Below the pieces are notes generated by a model. The model did not search any database and was not told the DNA's origin. It saw only the letters and a program-made list of their open reading frames with translations. Both the position numbers and the translations under genes were made by a program. This document shows positions 40,044-54,558 of a stretch of DNA of 64,000 nucleotides, one piece after another (within the stretch, counting starts at the first letter, position 1; the number at the start of each line of letters is the position of its first letter). The stretch is from Raja brachyura (taxonomy: Eukaryota): contig OY740782.1 in assembly GCA_963514005.1 (NCBI GenBank), positions 77,190,001-77,254,000 of the forward strand, written 5' to 3'.

Positions 40044-41019
40044 CTGTAACAGGTAAACAGTACGTTAAAACATTGATAAGTAAGAGTAGCCAATGTTTTT
40101 CTAAGGAGCAACATATACTTTGCTGTAATTCGGAGCACCTCTACATAATTCATACTTTTTACACAGCAATATCTACCACCAATGACGATATACAGAAGAC
40201 TTCGCTGAAGCTTTAAAGCGCATTTTTACATGTTGAATGGGTCTTGAAACATAAGATGGCTGCCTCGGTTACCATAATGGTTGTGGAACTTCTTAAGTTA
40301 AAGCTGTGATACTCCCTTTCCAAAGAGTACTTGAAATTACAAAAGGGCTTTCCGTACCCAGAACTACCCACATTGGGAAGATAAATGATTTTTTCAGATG
40401 AAACGCCCGAGTATAAGAACATTAAAGACAGAAAATAAGCGAAGAGCACGACGTTTTATTTAATTTAGGGTGTTAAATCTAAAAGGATTTGAAGTATGAC
40501 ACAATCGCCCTGTCATTATAAAGGTGCTAGGAACAGGAATTGGTTTTCTTAAGGGAGGGGGCTTTAGTGTGTAGATATTCCGTGTTGTAAAAGTCGACAG
40601 AGGCATGCTCCAGAAGTACTACTGTAGCGTTAAAGCTGTGCTTATCGCACGTCCAGCTATAAAATGTGATTATTAAATAAAATATGGTCACTCAATCTGA
40701 AATAAGTTTTTATGATAGAAAACTCTGTGCTAAAGGTACTGTACTATTTATGTTGCTGTTAAAAATGTCATTTTGCCCTGTTATGTTTTAAAGCGGTTAC
40801 TTATGGAACTGAATACAACCTATAAATAGAGTTTTTGTGTCAACACGTGTTTTATAGAATTCGTGTGCTGTATTCATACACGCGTAGATCACAACGGCCA
40901 AATTGCTATTTTTTATGAATGCACACCTAATAATTTAAATGACCATATTTTTAATCCAAATTTCACATTTAGAGGTGCTAGTTGAGCTATTTTAATGCAG
41001 GGATTGGCTGGTGTTATTT

Positions 41020-41150
41020 CACGGCCAATTTCAGAGCGGAACACGTGATCCTGTCATTTATTTAAAAAAAAGTTTTGTTGGGAAATCTACAGGCCATCCA
41101 TAAACCCCCTTATATGCTTATAAAACAGCACATAAAAATTTTAACAGCAG
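41020..41150. promoter_or_regulatory. Cluster of posterior-Hox/Cdx-type sites at the 5' end of the HoxA11 intron
   Basis: CCATAAA at 41098, TTATAAAA at 41118, CATAAAA at 41131, CACGTG at 41042, CCAAT at ~41025. Confidence 0.5.
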
Positions 41151-41201
41151 CGCGCGAGATCGCAAAACTTTCCTTCATAAGTAGGCACTGATTCTACCTA
41201 C

Positions 41202-41811
41202 TAGAGTTGCTGCTTTTTTCCTCATTGTTGCCGGAAGAAGATTCCGGGCTGCTGCTCCCGGGACTCGTCTCCTTCTCCACCGACACCCTGGAAGTCTCCG
41301 AACTTGAAGTTGCCGCAGACGGCACTTTACCTGGGCTCTTCTCCCCGCAATACTCCGACTGCTGATTCTCACTAGAACCGTAGGCAGTCTCGAAGAATTG
41401 ATCAAATCCTTGCGGCAGGACACCGTTCCTACCAACCGGGTTGTAGAAGCTGGAAGTCGCGTTGGAACTGGGGTGGTAAACGCTGGCGCTATTTTTCATT
41501 AACATCTCGCCCATGGTGCTGGCAGGCAGGCATTCTCTGTGCATCAGCTCCTCTGCGGAATAGCAGTGGGGGAGATTACTTCTGTGATGCCACTTATTGG
41601 AAGGATCGATGGCATAGTCTCTGAAGGTAACTTCTCGCACAGGTTGAACCTGGGGGATATTAGACGAGTAAGAATATGTCATGGGACGAGAAGCCGGTGT
41701 TTGGGGTAAAAATGAAGGCAGGCTGGAGAAATCCGGACCGGAGACATAATAGGTACAGCTAGGCAAATAAAGATTAGAGCCACAAGAAACCCGCTCATCA
41801 AAATCCATCAT
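41202..41811 (-). CDS. hoxa11: HoxA11 exon 1
   Basis: [33 protein letters not shown] and [14 protein letters not shown] motifs; donor TCTA|GTAGGT, phase 1; 280 aa in total. Confidence 0.96.
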
Positions 41812-44800
41812 CGCTTTCTTGGGGTCCCCTAGCGCAAGAATAGCTTGCATTCGCACAGCTAAACATGGTCCTTAGATGCTGCTGCCTCTTTGAAGCTGAT
41901 CCGCGGAGTAAAAATTTGGAAACGTAAGCTGACGTGGAAATGTATCTCCATACATCGCAGGAACCAGCCGGTCATGTGACCAGATGCCTGGAGAAATTGA
42001 CATGCATCACTTTGGATTCCCCCCTCGCACCAGGAGCGCAAAGCTCTTTACAACTGAGCTCTGCACATTTCTAAACGGGGAAAGGAAAGCTCGAATAATA
42101 CTGTGAAGGTGTTCAAGCTTCACACCAGAGACGCATTTGGCACATTTACTCCATGCCGCTCCAACAAGCTGACTTGAATCAAGAGTAGACATGGAAAGAA
42201 CTTATAAGCAGCAAAAATGTCAAACACTGATTTTTTTTTTTTTAAGGGCGATTTTTGAATTATTACGCACACAGATCTATTCGCGGAAAACACCAGAAAA
42301 TTACATTATGTTGGAAAATACTCCCCTTATCTTTTTGTCTTGTCATTTTAATGCAAAATAGCGTACAAAATATATACTTCACCAGCAGAGAATGTGTGTA
42401 TCTATAGACGAATAATCACAAACTATGTAAGAATCTCCCCGAGACGTGAAATGGGAGCGGATTTTTTTTAATGAATAAATCATGATTTATCTACCTATAT
42501 CTTCTCTGTTTTCAACCCGAATACCCTCACTTCTACTTTCCCCACTCAACAGAAATAAACCACGGAAGCATACAGTCATTTGTAGAGCCCCATAAAAGCC
42601 GTGGGGACGATGAGTTAGACTGACTACAGGTCCGGAATTGAATATTGGCTTGTTTGTGTCTTAGCGAGTGTAGCCGAATAGCTTTTAGGTGATTTTCCTC
42701 ATAAAAATTGAATCCGCACGAAACTGCCACATTGTGTTTCATAAATGTGTGTTGGTGCTTCTAATGTGAGGACAAATGGGCATGGTCACGTTCAACACCA
42801 CATACAAAACCATCGCCCTCTCGATACAAGTCTCTAAGCTAGATGCCATTTAGCTGGATTTCAGGAAATATTTTCGAAAACAGTCTGTTGTTTAATCAGC
42901 TTTATATTTCAGGCGGAGTTCTTATGAACACGCTATTCACGACAGGACACTGGTAATTATATATTTGAAAATGTTTAAGTGAAACAGGCGTGAACAAAAA
43001 CGGAATAAAATCCATTTGACATTGGCCGTGGGCACATTGTTCTGTATTTCTATGAAATCTCAACAAAGTCCTATGAATATGAAGCGGACTTGTATTTACT
43101 GTGGTTAGGATTAAATAACAATAGTTTAGTTTGGCCAGGGAAAGATTAATTAAAGAACAACCAATAAAAGTGCATTTTATTTAGATATATTAGCGCCATC
43201 TAACAAACTATATGGTGTAAATGCACACTAGGAATTTGAAAGTCATGCAATGAATTCCGATGCTGTTGAAAAGAATGGTGCCATAGATAAGAGTTGAAGT
43301 TAAACTTTGCTTTAAGAATTTGTCACGTATTAGCTTATTGCTGTTCCAAAAACAATTGCGCAGTGCCAAAACAAACAGGTTTCCTGGGGATAAGGACCTT
43401 TGCCATAAACATTTGCCAGAAAGACCTTACTCTGAATTGTTTCACGTACAAAAATACTCTTAACGAGCAACCGTGTTAGTTGCAAGTTAATAAGTTAATA
43501 TTTTTTTCTAATTGTTTCTTTGCTATAAGCATACAGCAATGATATGAAAAGGTCTACAAAATACTCGAAATATGGATTTTATTTGTTTTTCTGGGCCGCG
43601 CAACCGAATAAATCACTCCTTGTAAAAATAAGGCCATCTTATAAATGAATAACAGTAGATTCCGGAAACACTAAGGATATTAATAGGGTTTTCGATGCCA
43701 TAATTTGCAATAAGGATCAGCAATACTCGGTGTAAATATTCTCTGTGGCATTCAACCGTTCGGCAATCCGGCTATCTTTATATTACACTATAGAACATAT
43801 CTATATTTTATTTAACGTATATATACATACAAATATTGAAAAAAAATATGCACCGAATGCAACGAAACTGCGAACCCATACTGTGAAATCGCAATTCTAA
43901 ATTAAGATCCAAATTAATTCCTGTTCAGTCGTTTAAAAAAAACGATTCACATTGGGACGTTTAGTAACTGTGGTCAAAACTGCAAATGTGAAATCTGAAA
44001 ATTTACAGTGTTAAAAGAAAAACAAAGTGAAGTCCAGGAGGATATTGACACGATTTGCCCCTGTACGGATGGACAAATTCCGATACAGCGCTTTTCATAA
44101 AATAATTAAATATAATACGCCTACGAGAACCGAGAGCGGTTTAGCTTGACCTGTGGTTTTAATAGCAGTTTTGACAACCAGCTTCACCAGACGCCCGTAT
44201 AGACATTGTAGCCGACCAGGGGTTAGCTAAAGACGCCACCTACATGGAATCCCTGACATTCCCAGCTAACGTGAGCAATCAGGCGTTCCCAAAAGCGACA
44301 AGGACGCGCTCTTTGTCTGATAAAAATCGGGCTGAAATTTGAAGGAGTAAGCTTTTTAGCCGGACATTGCACGTTTTAACCACCAGTGGCACAGAATCTA
44401 CTTTCTTGTCTTTTTTCTTTCTTACCGAAAGGTTGAATTATACGTGAATGAATTGCTATGCAATTTCCCAAGCAACGCAATCTGCTATAACAGTGTTAGA
44501 AGAATAAGATAAACAAAATTACAACTATTTAATATACCTCCAAATTAAAAAAAGGAAGCTGGCGATGGCATTTCCGTTTAAATAAAAGCCGAAAATGGTC
44601 TTAGATACAGTCACTATTTAATCGCTGCGCCATTTTCTAATCGTCTGTATTTCTCACCTATCATAATATCTTTGCAGTAAGTATCGCCCTTTCACATAAC
44701 TGATTTTCAATTATAGATTTAGGATCAATTTGACTTTTTAATTTCGTTTTAGTTGTATTGCAGCCTTTAGGAACACATTTAAATAATGCCCAAGAGTTGA

Positions 44801-47800
44801 TTCTAAAAAATAAAAGTACCTACCTTGTTTATCTTTTATTTAACGCAAACTCTGGCCATTTGGTGGATATTTGGTGCGAATGAAATCTAATGTAAATGCC
44901 GAAGTTTAAGAAGATCGGTGAATTATTGCGGCGCAGGCTATTTTCCTGCAGGAGTCCAACTCCGTGGGAGAGCTGAGACCCGGATGAAGTTAATTTTACT
45001 TCACACTGAGGTGTATTTTAAAGCTTTGTTGAAGATATTGTCAAAAACGAAATCGGGTTAAAACTGTTCATGTGAACGTTTGAACACAAAAAACAAGTGC
45101 CCAAATAAGACAAGGGTCAGGGAAGGTTTACATCTGAGTTTTGTGAGGAATTTGCGCTTAAGAGCTCGCAGCCGACTTAACATTGAACTTCAACTTTGGA
45201 AAAGGCTGCGCACGCGAAATGCATATATTTGACAAAAACAAGATTTGTATCATGCGAAGTTAAAGGTTTAATGAAAGGAAAATATCTTAAATCTATTGGT
45301 CATCTTGAAAAAAAAACGACCATGGCCTTCGCCACTTGCAGTGTCGACTGTGCCATTAAAAGAGACGGCTTGGAAAAGTAAAGGAAAATACACTGTGTCG
45401 CGCTTAGATTCATTCATTTTGATGTCTCACTATCCACGGGTTAAAAGCTGAAAATTGTAATTCCAGCTGGCATACTTATATTGTCACTGTAAACCAGTGT
45501 GGGATGAAAACGGCCAGCCATATTGTTCTTTGCAGGTTTTATAAGGGATAGTATCCGCATTACTTCTTAATTTCTCCCACGAATTACATTAGACCCCAAT
45601 TATCGTTGGCAAATGAAGCAACATAGGTTTTAATTGCGTGTAACAACAAAGTATGTTGCTATATTACGCCCCAAGCCATTTCTCTAACATGGAATGGTTC
45701 AGCTCATTTCTGAAATATCTCCCCTTGCCCTCCTCGATGACAAATGAAAATAGCATCTTCGTGCTTAAAGGGAAATGGACAGTTTCTGTTCTAATATGAA
45801 GTTACAATCAGGATTTTTTTTTTAAAGAACCACCGTCTTTAACGGCATTCCTCTATTTAATGCTATATCTGCCTTTATTAACTTGGTCAAAAATAAACTG
45901 ATTTTGGAATTAGTTCGATAAACTGTGAAACTTAAAAACTCCCCCCCCAAAAAACTACATTCTGGGCCAAATCAAATAAAAACAAATTCCTTCTTGGTAG
46001 TGGGGTTAGGGAGGCATGCAATGTCTTTATTTTCCTTTTTTTAACCACAGACATTACGGATCTCAAAATCTGGAGTGAAAATCACTGGTTTCAAATGAGT
46101 GCGTTACTTTTCAACGAAAATCATGTTGATTTTTTGTGTGCATGGGTTGTTTTGTCCTCTAGTTCAGTGGCACTGACAGTGACAAGACAACGGGAACCGG
46201 CGGCCATTTTTATGCCTGATGTCTTCGAAATTTTGTAAAGTTCAGTTAAATACTTGCAGAAAGTCGTACCGTAGTCGAACGAAGAGATGAATTGCTAAAA
46301 AGTCAGTATTTTAAGATGTGAAAATACGTCGAGAATTAATAGGGTTGAGATCCCAAGCGGATTGTTGTACTTGAATTTGAAAACAATGCTAGATCTGTAT
46401 CGATTTGGTTTATTTAGATTTTGTTGACCCGCAGTGGGGTTATTGAAATTAACTATCAAATATCATGCACATTGAATATTATGGCCCTAATTAAGCGAAA
46501 AATGTGCTCTTCTATTATACTTTTTTTTTGCCCTATGAAAATCAGTGAAAGACCGCAATGAACGTATATTTAGTCAAGTTCGGCAATAAAAGAAAAACGC
46601 ACTCCGCACCATTCGCCGAAAATGAACATTTTATATCTTTTAACCATTTCCGTTAAACTTTGGTTTATTCTCCGAAATCAATATTTTGTGTAATGATGGG
46701 GTTTTTTTAATGTTTCTGTCATATTTACTATTCGGAATATAATACTTCAATTTTCTAAATACTAGATTAGCTAGATTCCAATTTCTAACCTACCCATGGT
46801 CCCAATAAAATTACAGAAAATGAATGACAAGTATAATTGTGACAATGTTGTGCCTTTTTTAACACTAAATCCCACAACGTGGAGCTCAACGGTATGAAGT
46901 TGTTCAGTGATGCGGGGCAACAAAGCCCTCAGCGGTGGTTTTTCAGCACACCTCGGCAAAATAAATGACTCGTTAATTAATATTGAGGCTTCTCTTTTGC
47001 ACAATTAGACCTGACCATCGAAAAATTAGCATTCTATTTGCAAATAACCATTTCGCTTCGCTTCCGAGCATTTTTTAGTCTATTATATGCGGATTTATTT
47101 AGAACTAATCCATTATCGTTTTCAAAGACATGCGTATTTGAAATGTACTGCTGAGTTCACGGGATAGATTTAATCCTAGCACACACAATTTGACAAGTTG
47201 AAGAACTACCCTTTAGACACAATAGCGTTTCAGGTCTATGTTAAGGATTTCAAAGGCAAGAGTCATCGACTATAAAGATAAAGATAATTCAGCAAACCCA
47301 TCACTAGTTCTGCAGTGATTTTCGGTAATATATTTTTCACGAATTTACACAAAAAATGTGATGTTCCATGCTAATCCGCCCACTATTTGATTTCAATAAT
47401 TAAGCCGTTATATATTCTTATGTATTCATGAATACTGAAATATCTACAGGGTATGGGAAATTTTATCCGAACTGTCGAATTTGAACTTGAAAGCTTACGT
47501 TGAACTTGGCTTGTTGTCACAGACCGGAATTTCAGAATTTATTTCGTTAAATGCACTCCATTCGCCTGTAACTATTCCTTCTGTTTTAGGATAGATTCTT
47601 CCAGCTTTGTTATCCTCTGCCTTTCAATAAATAGCCGCCGCCTCAGTTATGCTGGTCTCAGAACATTTCCCGCAGTCTCATGCTATAAGTATGCCCATTT
47701 GGCATACTTAGATAAACAGAGACGAGGCAACAGTCTAATTACATCCAGTCTTTGGTAAATTAGAATATAGAAAGTCGCGATGCAATTGTCTCCCAGATGA

Positions 47801-48793
47801 ACATTCGGGACGCACACTTGTCTCGCATATGCCCACTAAACCTGCAGTACGGCAAAATGTCTTAATCCTTTCACCGTGGAGTAAATAAAATCAAAGTGAA
47901 ATGCTGAAAATACGTGTCAACAACAGGACAGGCCCGCGACTGCGTGCGTTAAGGATGGAGTCAACAATGTTATATCATGAAAGCTAAAATTAACGAATTT
48001 CAACTGCATTCATTGCTTTGTTGATTAGTTGTGTAAATTAATTTGAATGATTGTAGTTCTGAATGCATTTTATTTTCTACCCCCAATTGCAGAACGTAAT
48101 AAATGTTTGGAGCATAATGGGCAAAGTTCTAACCACTATATGCTATTTCAGTTTTTTGAAGAACACTTGCTCACAGAGCTGTGAACTCAGCGACCATTGG
48201 AACTTGTATTTGATCTGTTTACACCCAGCTATCTGTCCCATTTGGAGAAGGGAAGTGAATATTTCAATTCATGAATTATTTTAAAACAACGTACATTAGA
48301 ATGAAGACTTTCCACATTCCGAACCGAATTGAGATTAAAAAACATAACACTTCACAATAATAAATATGTGGACTAAGCTTCCAAGTTGAATACTAGGAGG
48401 CGCATTGCTATCTGTATTATATTTTGTAAAACATCACTACCCTACTAGACAGCTGATTTGCAAGACGATATATAAAAATGTATATTGTAAAAACATCCAA
48501 TATTTCATAATCATTACTGGAAATTAGATTTACTTTCAGAAACACTGTGCACGTATATTTTAATAAATTATGTTTCCTTAGGTATCATCCAACTTATTCA
48601 GGGCATGCATTTGGCGTTGGAATGAATAATAATGTAATTGAATATTAACTAACCATTATTGTTCAGCAAAGAAAATCTCGTACATTGGATAGTTAGGTTT
48701 AATTTCAAAGAAATTCTAAACTAGAATATAAAATACACTTTAAACATTGTGGCTGTGAGAATTTATATTGTTAATGCGATTACACTGGTATAA

Positions 48794-48887
48794 TTGAAGA
48801 AGGGTCTCGACCTGAAACGTCACTCTTTCCTTCTCTCCAGACGATGCCTGTCCCGCTGAGTTACTCCAGCATTTTGTGTCTATCTTC
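48794..48887 (+). mobile_element. Half-copy of the palindromic hammerhead-motif repeat family
   Basis: ttgaagaagggtctcgacctgaaacgtc...cccgctgagttactccagcattttgtgtctatcttc aligns to the right arm of 63332-63425. Confidence 0.85.
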
Positions 48888-51800
48888 CGTTTATATATAT
48901 AATTTGTTTTAATTTAATATCGGACACTATTTTAGTGAAGTGAAATATGATCATGAAGTGAAATTATATTTTGTATATAAATATTATATAGTATATACAA
49001 TATATTCCTCTGAATACCTCATAATATATAAGACGCGTGTTATCTTAATCGTTCCAAATGTTATTTGGAAATTGTACAAAATTGCACCAGTTGGTTGTAC
49101 AAGAACGAACACATTCGGCACACGAAATGCCCTTTGACCTTATTTGCCAAAAATAATAATGTAACCGTTATTAATTCAAATGCCGCAACTTTGTGGGTGC
49201 ATATGAATAAACAACTATTTTATGTTAATCTATAAAATGTTTGTTTACTTGTTGATATGTATCTAGTAAAATGCAGAGAGTAATTGTTTTCAACTATTAT
49301 GCTGTGGTACCTCATAAACCGCAAACTCAAATGTCTGGGTTTGTATGTGATATAATGTTCTGTTTTATGAAGATGTTTCGTTGTTTGCACCATATATTAG
49401 TTACGTAACTGACTTAACATTGGAATTCCATTACATATTATTTACAAAGAGTTCCATATTACGATCTATATTGTCAGCAATGTCAAACCAAATATATGTT
49501 ATCTTTGTACTTATATATAGTCCATTATAAATCCCTAACCTAGGCAGTCGCAGGCCTGCCCTGCTGTTGACATTCAACGTGATTTCAGCATTTCAGTTTG
49601 GTTTTATGTATTCTAAAACAACGAACAATTTGCTTATGTGCATTGAAGTACCGTTGATCCAATTATAGTATAAAACGACCACACAAAGGCTTTATTTCGT
49701 TGCCCATTGGAATAATACATTTAGTTTCAAATTGGAGTGGCGCAATAGTATTTAATAGTGTTTTTAAAGCATTCAACAATTTTGAAGTCAATTTGGCGTG
49801 TTTTGCAAAGAGCCACATAAGCAAGTTAGGTACAGCGTACATTTATTAAAAATCCAATTCAATTAATTCTGAGTTCATGTTTGAATTCGGTATGGATTTG
49901 ACATTACACATTCGATTGGAGTAATTCTCAATAAATATTAAAAATACATTATTGCGAAAAGTAATAGTTTTGTATACACATTAATTTCATGATGGTAAGT
50001 TATGCTTAACAGTGAGCGCAAAGAAAAACGGGTTTTGCAGGATTCATACAAATTTACGAAAGTGTAATACTTCCTGCAGTGCATATTGTTTTCCCTTCGA
50101 ATTGTTAATACGGCTTCAATCGATTGAAGAGAAGGAACAATTCAGATAAACAATTTTACCAAGACAAATGGGCATGCCGGCAGAAAATACAAAATCTATG
50201 ATGTGAATGGATACATACTTCTAAAAAGTGGAAATCAGCGAAATTAAATCCAAATCTCTGCCTTAATACGGCTTTGGTTTTCGGAAATGGCTTATAGATT
50301 TAATCGTGTGACGAGGGGCTCTCTTACAATTGTAGATTATACAGCGTATATATGTCTGTAAACATGATTCCTGGCGTTTAGCTTCGTGCATTAAATTATC
50401 ATTATATATTTTTACTGACAGTCTGCAGTAACGCATGCGAAATTATCCCTAAGAACTAACCCAAGGTTGCTGGCGTTATTCCTTAAGGTAATTTTAGGGG
50501 GGGGGGGGGGGGGGTGGGGGGGATGCATTATCGTTTTCCCAATACATTATTTTATTCGCTCGGAGCTGCGCTGGATACACTAGAAGTACATTAAGTTACG
50601 ATAATTTACGCAAAAGATGCACGGTTCACGGTGAATCATATGCACCAACAGAAGAGCGGAAGAGCCGAAGCATATTAACATTATGGAACGCCAATTCTAT
50701 ATGTAGCAATGTTTCATGTTTGGTTATGCTGATGTTAATGTTGACTGTATGGCAAATTTTGCTTGACTATACATTTTGCTATAAATAACAAGAAATGGCG
50801 AGTCACATCTGAGAATCTGACGAGATAAATCTGATTGTTTGAAGGGGTACGAAGCACTATTGTTCTTGCATTTGAGATACTTAAGACTGGAGCAAAACGG
50901 ATAATAACCGAAGTAAACATTTGCCCAGAATTTATTCATTTGGAGATACTGATAACTGTTAGTTATACCTGCTTTGTCTGGATCAATGATTACTGTTAGC
51001 TAATAAAACAGTGTTTGGTTCTCATTTCCTCGTAAACAAAAAAAATCGCCTTTTTTTACACAAGATGCAGTAGAAAAGTATAATCTAATAATTAGACCAG
51101 CCTTGATCAGAGACAATGTGGGTGGTTCTCCTCGAGTATTTCCCAACCAGCGCACGGATGAATGTTGCAATAGGATGCCGTGATTGGTTCGCTGCGTCAT
51201 GTGATGAATGTAGTATTTTATAATCCCACGACATTTTGACAAATCAACTTGCATGTTGCAAACAGCAGCCCCCGAGTTGTTGATTCGTGTGCATTAGGAA
51301 AAAGGCACTAGAAAAATAAAGTATGGTTTAAGGTTCACTATTAGAAGTTCAACATTATTTAGATGTAAATGCAACAAAATAGATCGGAGACTTCAATAAA
51401 TTTGCTTACCTCTCAAATAATAATTTCAAGGTAGACCACTTTCAAGAGACCACTTTCTGTAATATCCAAGATAAATCAGAGTACTCTGCATGACTGGAAT
51501 TTATCTGTAATTCTATATTTTGAAATTAAAAATTGAGGAAATTAATATTTTTAGTGCAGATCAAGTTTTAGCTTTACACGTCCACAGCCTTCAGTGACGG
51601 ATTATGCAATACCACACACAATTTCCAGTACTTCCTATTTATAACGTATGTAGACTATATGCTATAAAATTCTAAAAATGCAGCGTAAAATTCCTTACTC
51701 AAATATTGTGTAGAACAGCTCGGTAATTCCTTTAGTTTTGCAAGATTAGAAGCGAAATTCGGCAAATATTTGACCAGATACACTGTACAGAATATAAGTG

Positions 51801-52317
51801 AATAACCATTATATCCAGAACAGTTACATACAGCTGTAGACAAAAGTGAAATGATGTTTACATCATAACAAACACATAAGAGACCGGCTGATCATAGATA
51901 ACATAAAGTTGACTAAATGCCTTTTTTTACGGTTAATGAATGCTACAATTTATTTGATCAGCTTATCTACTCTATTTTTGGTTGCACAGGTTGAAATTTA
52001 GATGCAGCTAAAAGTTAAGTTACAAAAGTGCAGCCATATACCAATATTCATTTGAATTGTAAATTTAAACTTTGGTGATGTTAGTAAATTACTAAAGCTT
52101 GGCTGAGCAATACATAATTCATGATTAGCCATTGAAATTCAAACATTTAAAATAATTTAGCCAAACCTTTCCACAATTTCAACAATACATAATACTTGGT
52201 ACAGTTACTGACCTGTATTTGATAGTCTTTGTTCAACTTTACATGCTCATTATTGAAACAGCCACGTTCGGTTGGTTGTGTGTTCAAAGCCCTTATAAAT
52301 GATTCTCCGCAGATGTA

Positions 52318-52332
52318 ACAGTAGATGGCGTA
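52318..52332 (+). promoter_or_regulatory. CTCF-like motif downstream of HoxA13
   Basis: ACAGTAGATGGCGTA. Confidence 0.45.
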
Positions 52333-53911
52333 CTTGTTCTACATATACACCTCATGACTATTCATGAGCTGTTAATCGCCAAGGTCAAAGACTATCTGTT
52401 TTCGTCAAGGTCAAGGTTTAAACCTCCCCCACCCCCATCGCTCTGCAACCATAGCCAAGCAATGGCAGAGAATCTATTTTAATTCTGAATATTTAAACGC
52501 GTTTAGTTTACTACACTAAAACATTCAGTATTTTAATACATGCTTAGATATACCCTAAAATATTTCCATCAACATCCCGAATCTTTATCTGGCGGTGATG
52601 TTTTCCTTGAAAAAAGGCAGGACATATTTATTAAGACTTCTTATTTTTTTGTAAGTTCCTTGGTTGTTTCTTAGAATGAAAGCTCTGTTTTCACACATCT
52701 TGAATAACTTGCCACACAACAGGAAGAAATCTAATTAGCCCATTTACACAAACTTTTTTTTGTTTTGAAGTTCTTAGCCGGCCTCATGTTTCTTCATAAA
52801 AATATGCGACGCTGTAGTTTATGAAGACTTTTATTCGTGAAATAATTTGTTTTAATGCAAATAATTCAGAAGATGATAAAAAAAAAAGACAATAGGCTAT
52901 ACAGATTAAAAGCTGCATAATAGCAATGCAAGACATTTCTTAAATCTTTGATTATCATTCTTGATTTAACGTTGCAACTATAATTCGTTTATATATACCA
53001 AGCAAGAGGGGGGCATGCAGGTATAACAATGCGGTATTAAAAAAAATACAATTGCACGCAAATGCTGTCATCTTTAGGAAGGAGGCTGTATGTCTTAAGA
53101 CTGCATGGAGATTAATGCAATGTGTGATGTGTAATATAAGTAGCAAACAAAAAAAGGCTTCATATTGAGTTCATTTTCACGGAATTGGGTCTTCCACGTT
53201 TGCAATCAGATATTTTTTCCGCTCTGTAGAAACTGCATTTTAATTACGAAAGGCAAGGATGCTCCTAGGTATGTACATAAGACGAAACGTAGTGCTGAAA
53301 TTGTACGCATTCACGTTCCCATATACACTGCTATTTAGAATATATTCTCCTTTCTATCTGTACATGAATATCTTTAGAGATAGCTTATTCCTTCCAAAGA
53401 AACCTTAGTGCGTAAACATTCTTATTATACATTTGACGGTATATCCCATAGCTTACCTGAGGAAACAAATAGCATGCATTCTAGTAGCGTTTTTATTAAC
53501 TAAAACCCTTTCAGCAAGTTTTCTTTAGGTGCTTTGATGGCATTTATGCGAAGGAAGAGTATGAATCAAAGTGTTATGATTATTCTTTTTGAGTGTTTCT
53601 GTCTATATGCACTCGACAATGTTTTTGCCTCAATTGAAAATACGAACCCTTTAGATTTTTCCATAATGGGGTTGATTTATTTCTGGCGAATCTTAAACGA
53701 TGTTAACAAGATAGTTGCACCATATCTCTATTGAAATTTTATTTGTGAGTTGTTTTAGATTGTTTTAAGAAAAATAACGTGCAGGCAGAAATGTAAAAAA
53801 AAATCTAGCATCAAGAAAATGAGCTGAGATTGATTATTTTTTCTCCAGGCTGAGATTAAATATGTTCTAAACATTTGCAAAGTAAGTCCGAGTGTTTCTG
53901 GAATTGTCGCA

Positions 53912-54156
53912 CTAGCTGTTACTTTTCAGTTTGGTGATGACTTTCTTTTCTTTGACTCGTCTGTTTTGAAACCAAATAGTGACTTGTCTTTCTGAGAGGT
54001 TTGTTGAAGCCGATATCCTCCTTCGCTTGTCCTTGGTGATGAATTTATTGGTAGCATATTCCCGTTCAAGTTCTTTTAACTGCACCTTGGTATAAGGCAC
54101 CCTTTTCTTTCTTCCACGCCGAAAAGAGCTCGCATCCGAAGGATGTGAAACGACGT
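53912..54156 (-). CDS. hoxa13: HoxA13 exon 2 (homeodomain)
   Basis: Acceptor TTTCTTTATAG|AC; [81 protein letters not shown]. Confidence 0.96.
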
Positions 54157-54558
54157 CTATAAAGAAAGTAAAACACACCTTTACTATCCTTTGCAGTTTA
54201 ACGCCCGTCGCCAGAAAAAAAAAAACAGAGAATGTCGCTGGTGTCAAGTTCAACATCAGTGCGTGGAGAAACTACTGGGATTTATTTACTGAACTAAATG
54301 ACATACCAGCAAATGTAATTTTAATGCGTAATAAGTTGAATGAATGATATTTAAAAAAAAACAAATATGTTTAGGCAGTATATTAAAACGTGAAAGGCAT
54401 ATTTATGGTGGGCAATCCGGAATATCATTTCTTAACTGTGGTTTAATGTATATATCATTCAGTTACCCGTGCGCATTTGCAAGTCAGACAGAATGCTTTC
54501 CCCCTTCATTGGACGGGTTTCGGTTATGGGGACTACATTACGTTTTATCTATATTTAC

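Noticed and set aside
46075-46099. GTGAAAATCACTGGTTTCAAATG resembles VKIWFQ, a possible HoxA12 relic
   Set aside because: Wrong strand relative to the cluster, needs an indel, and has no flanking homeobox similarity
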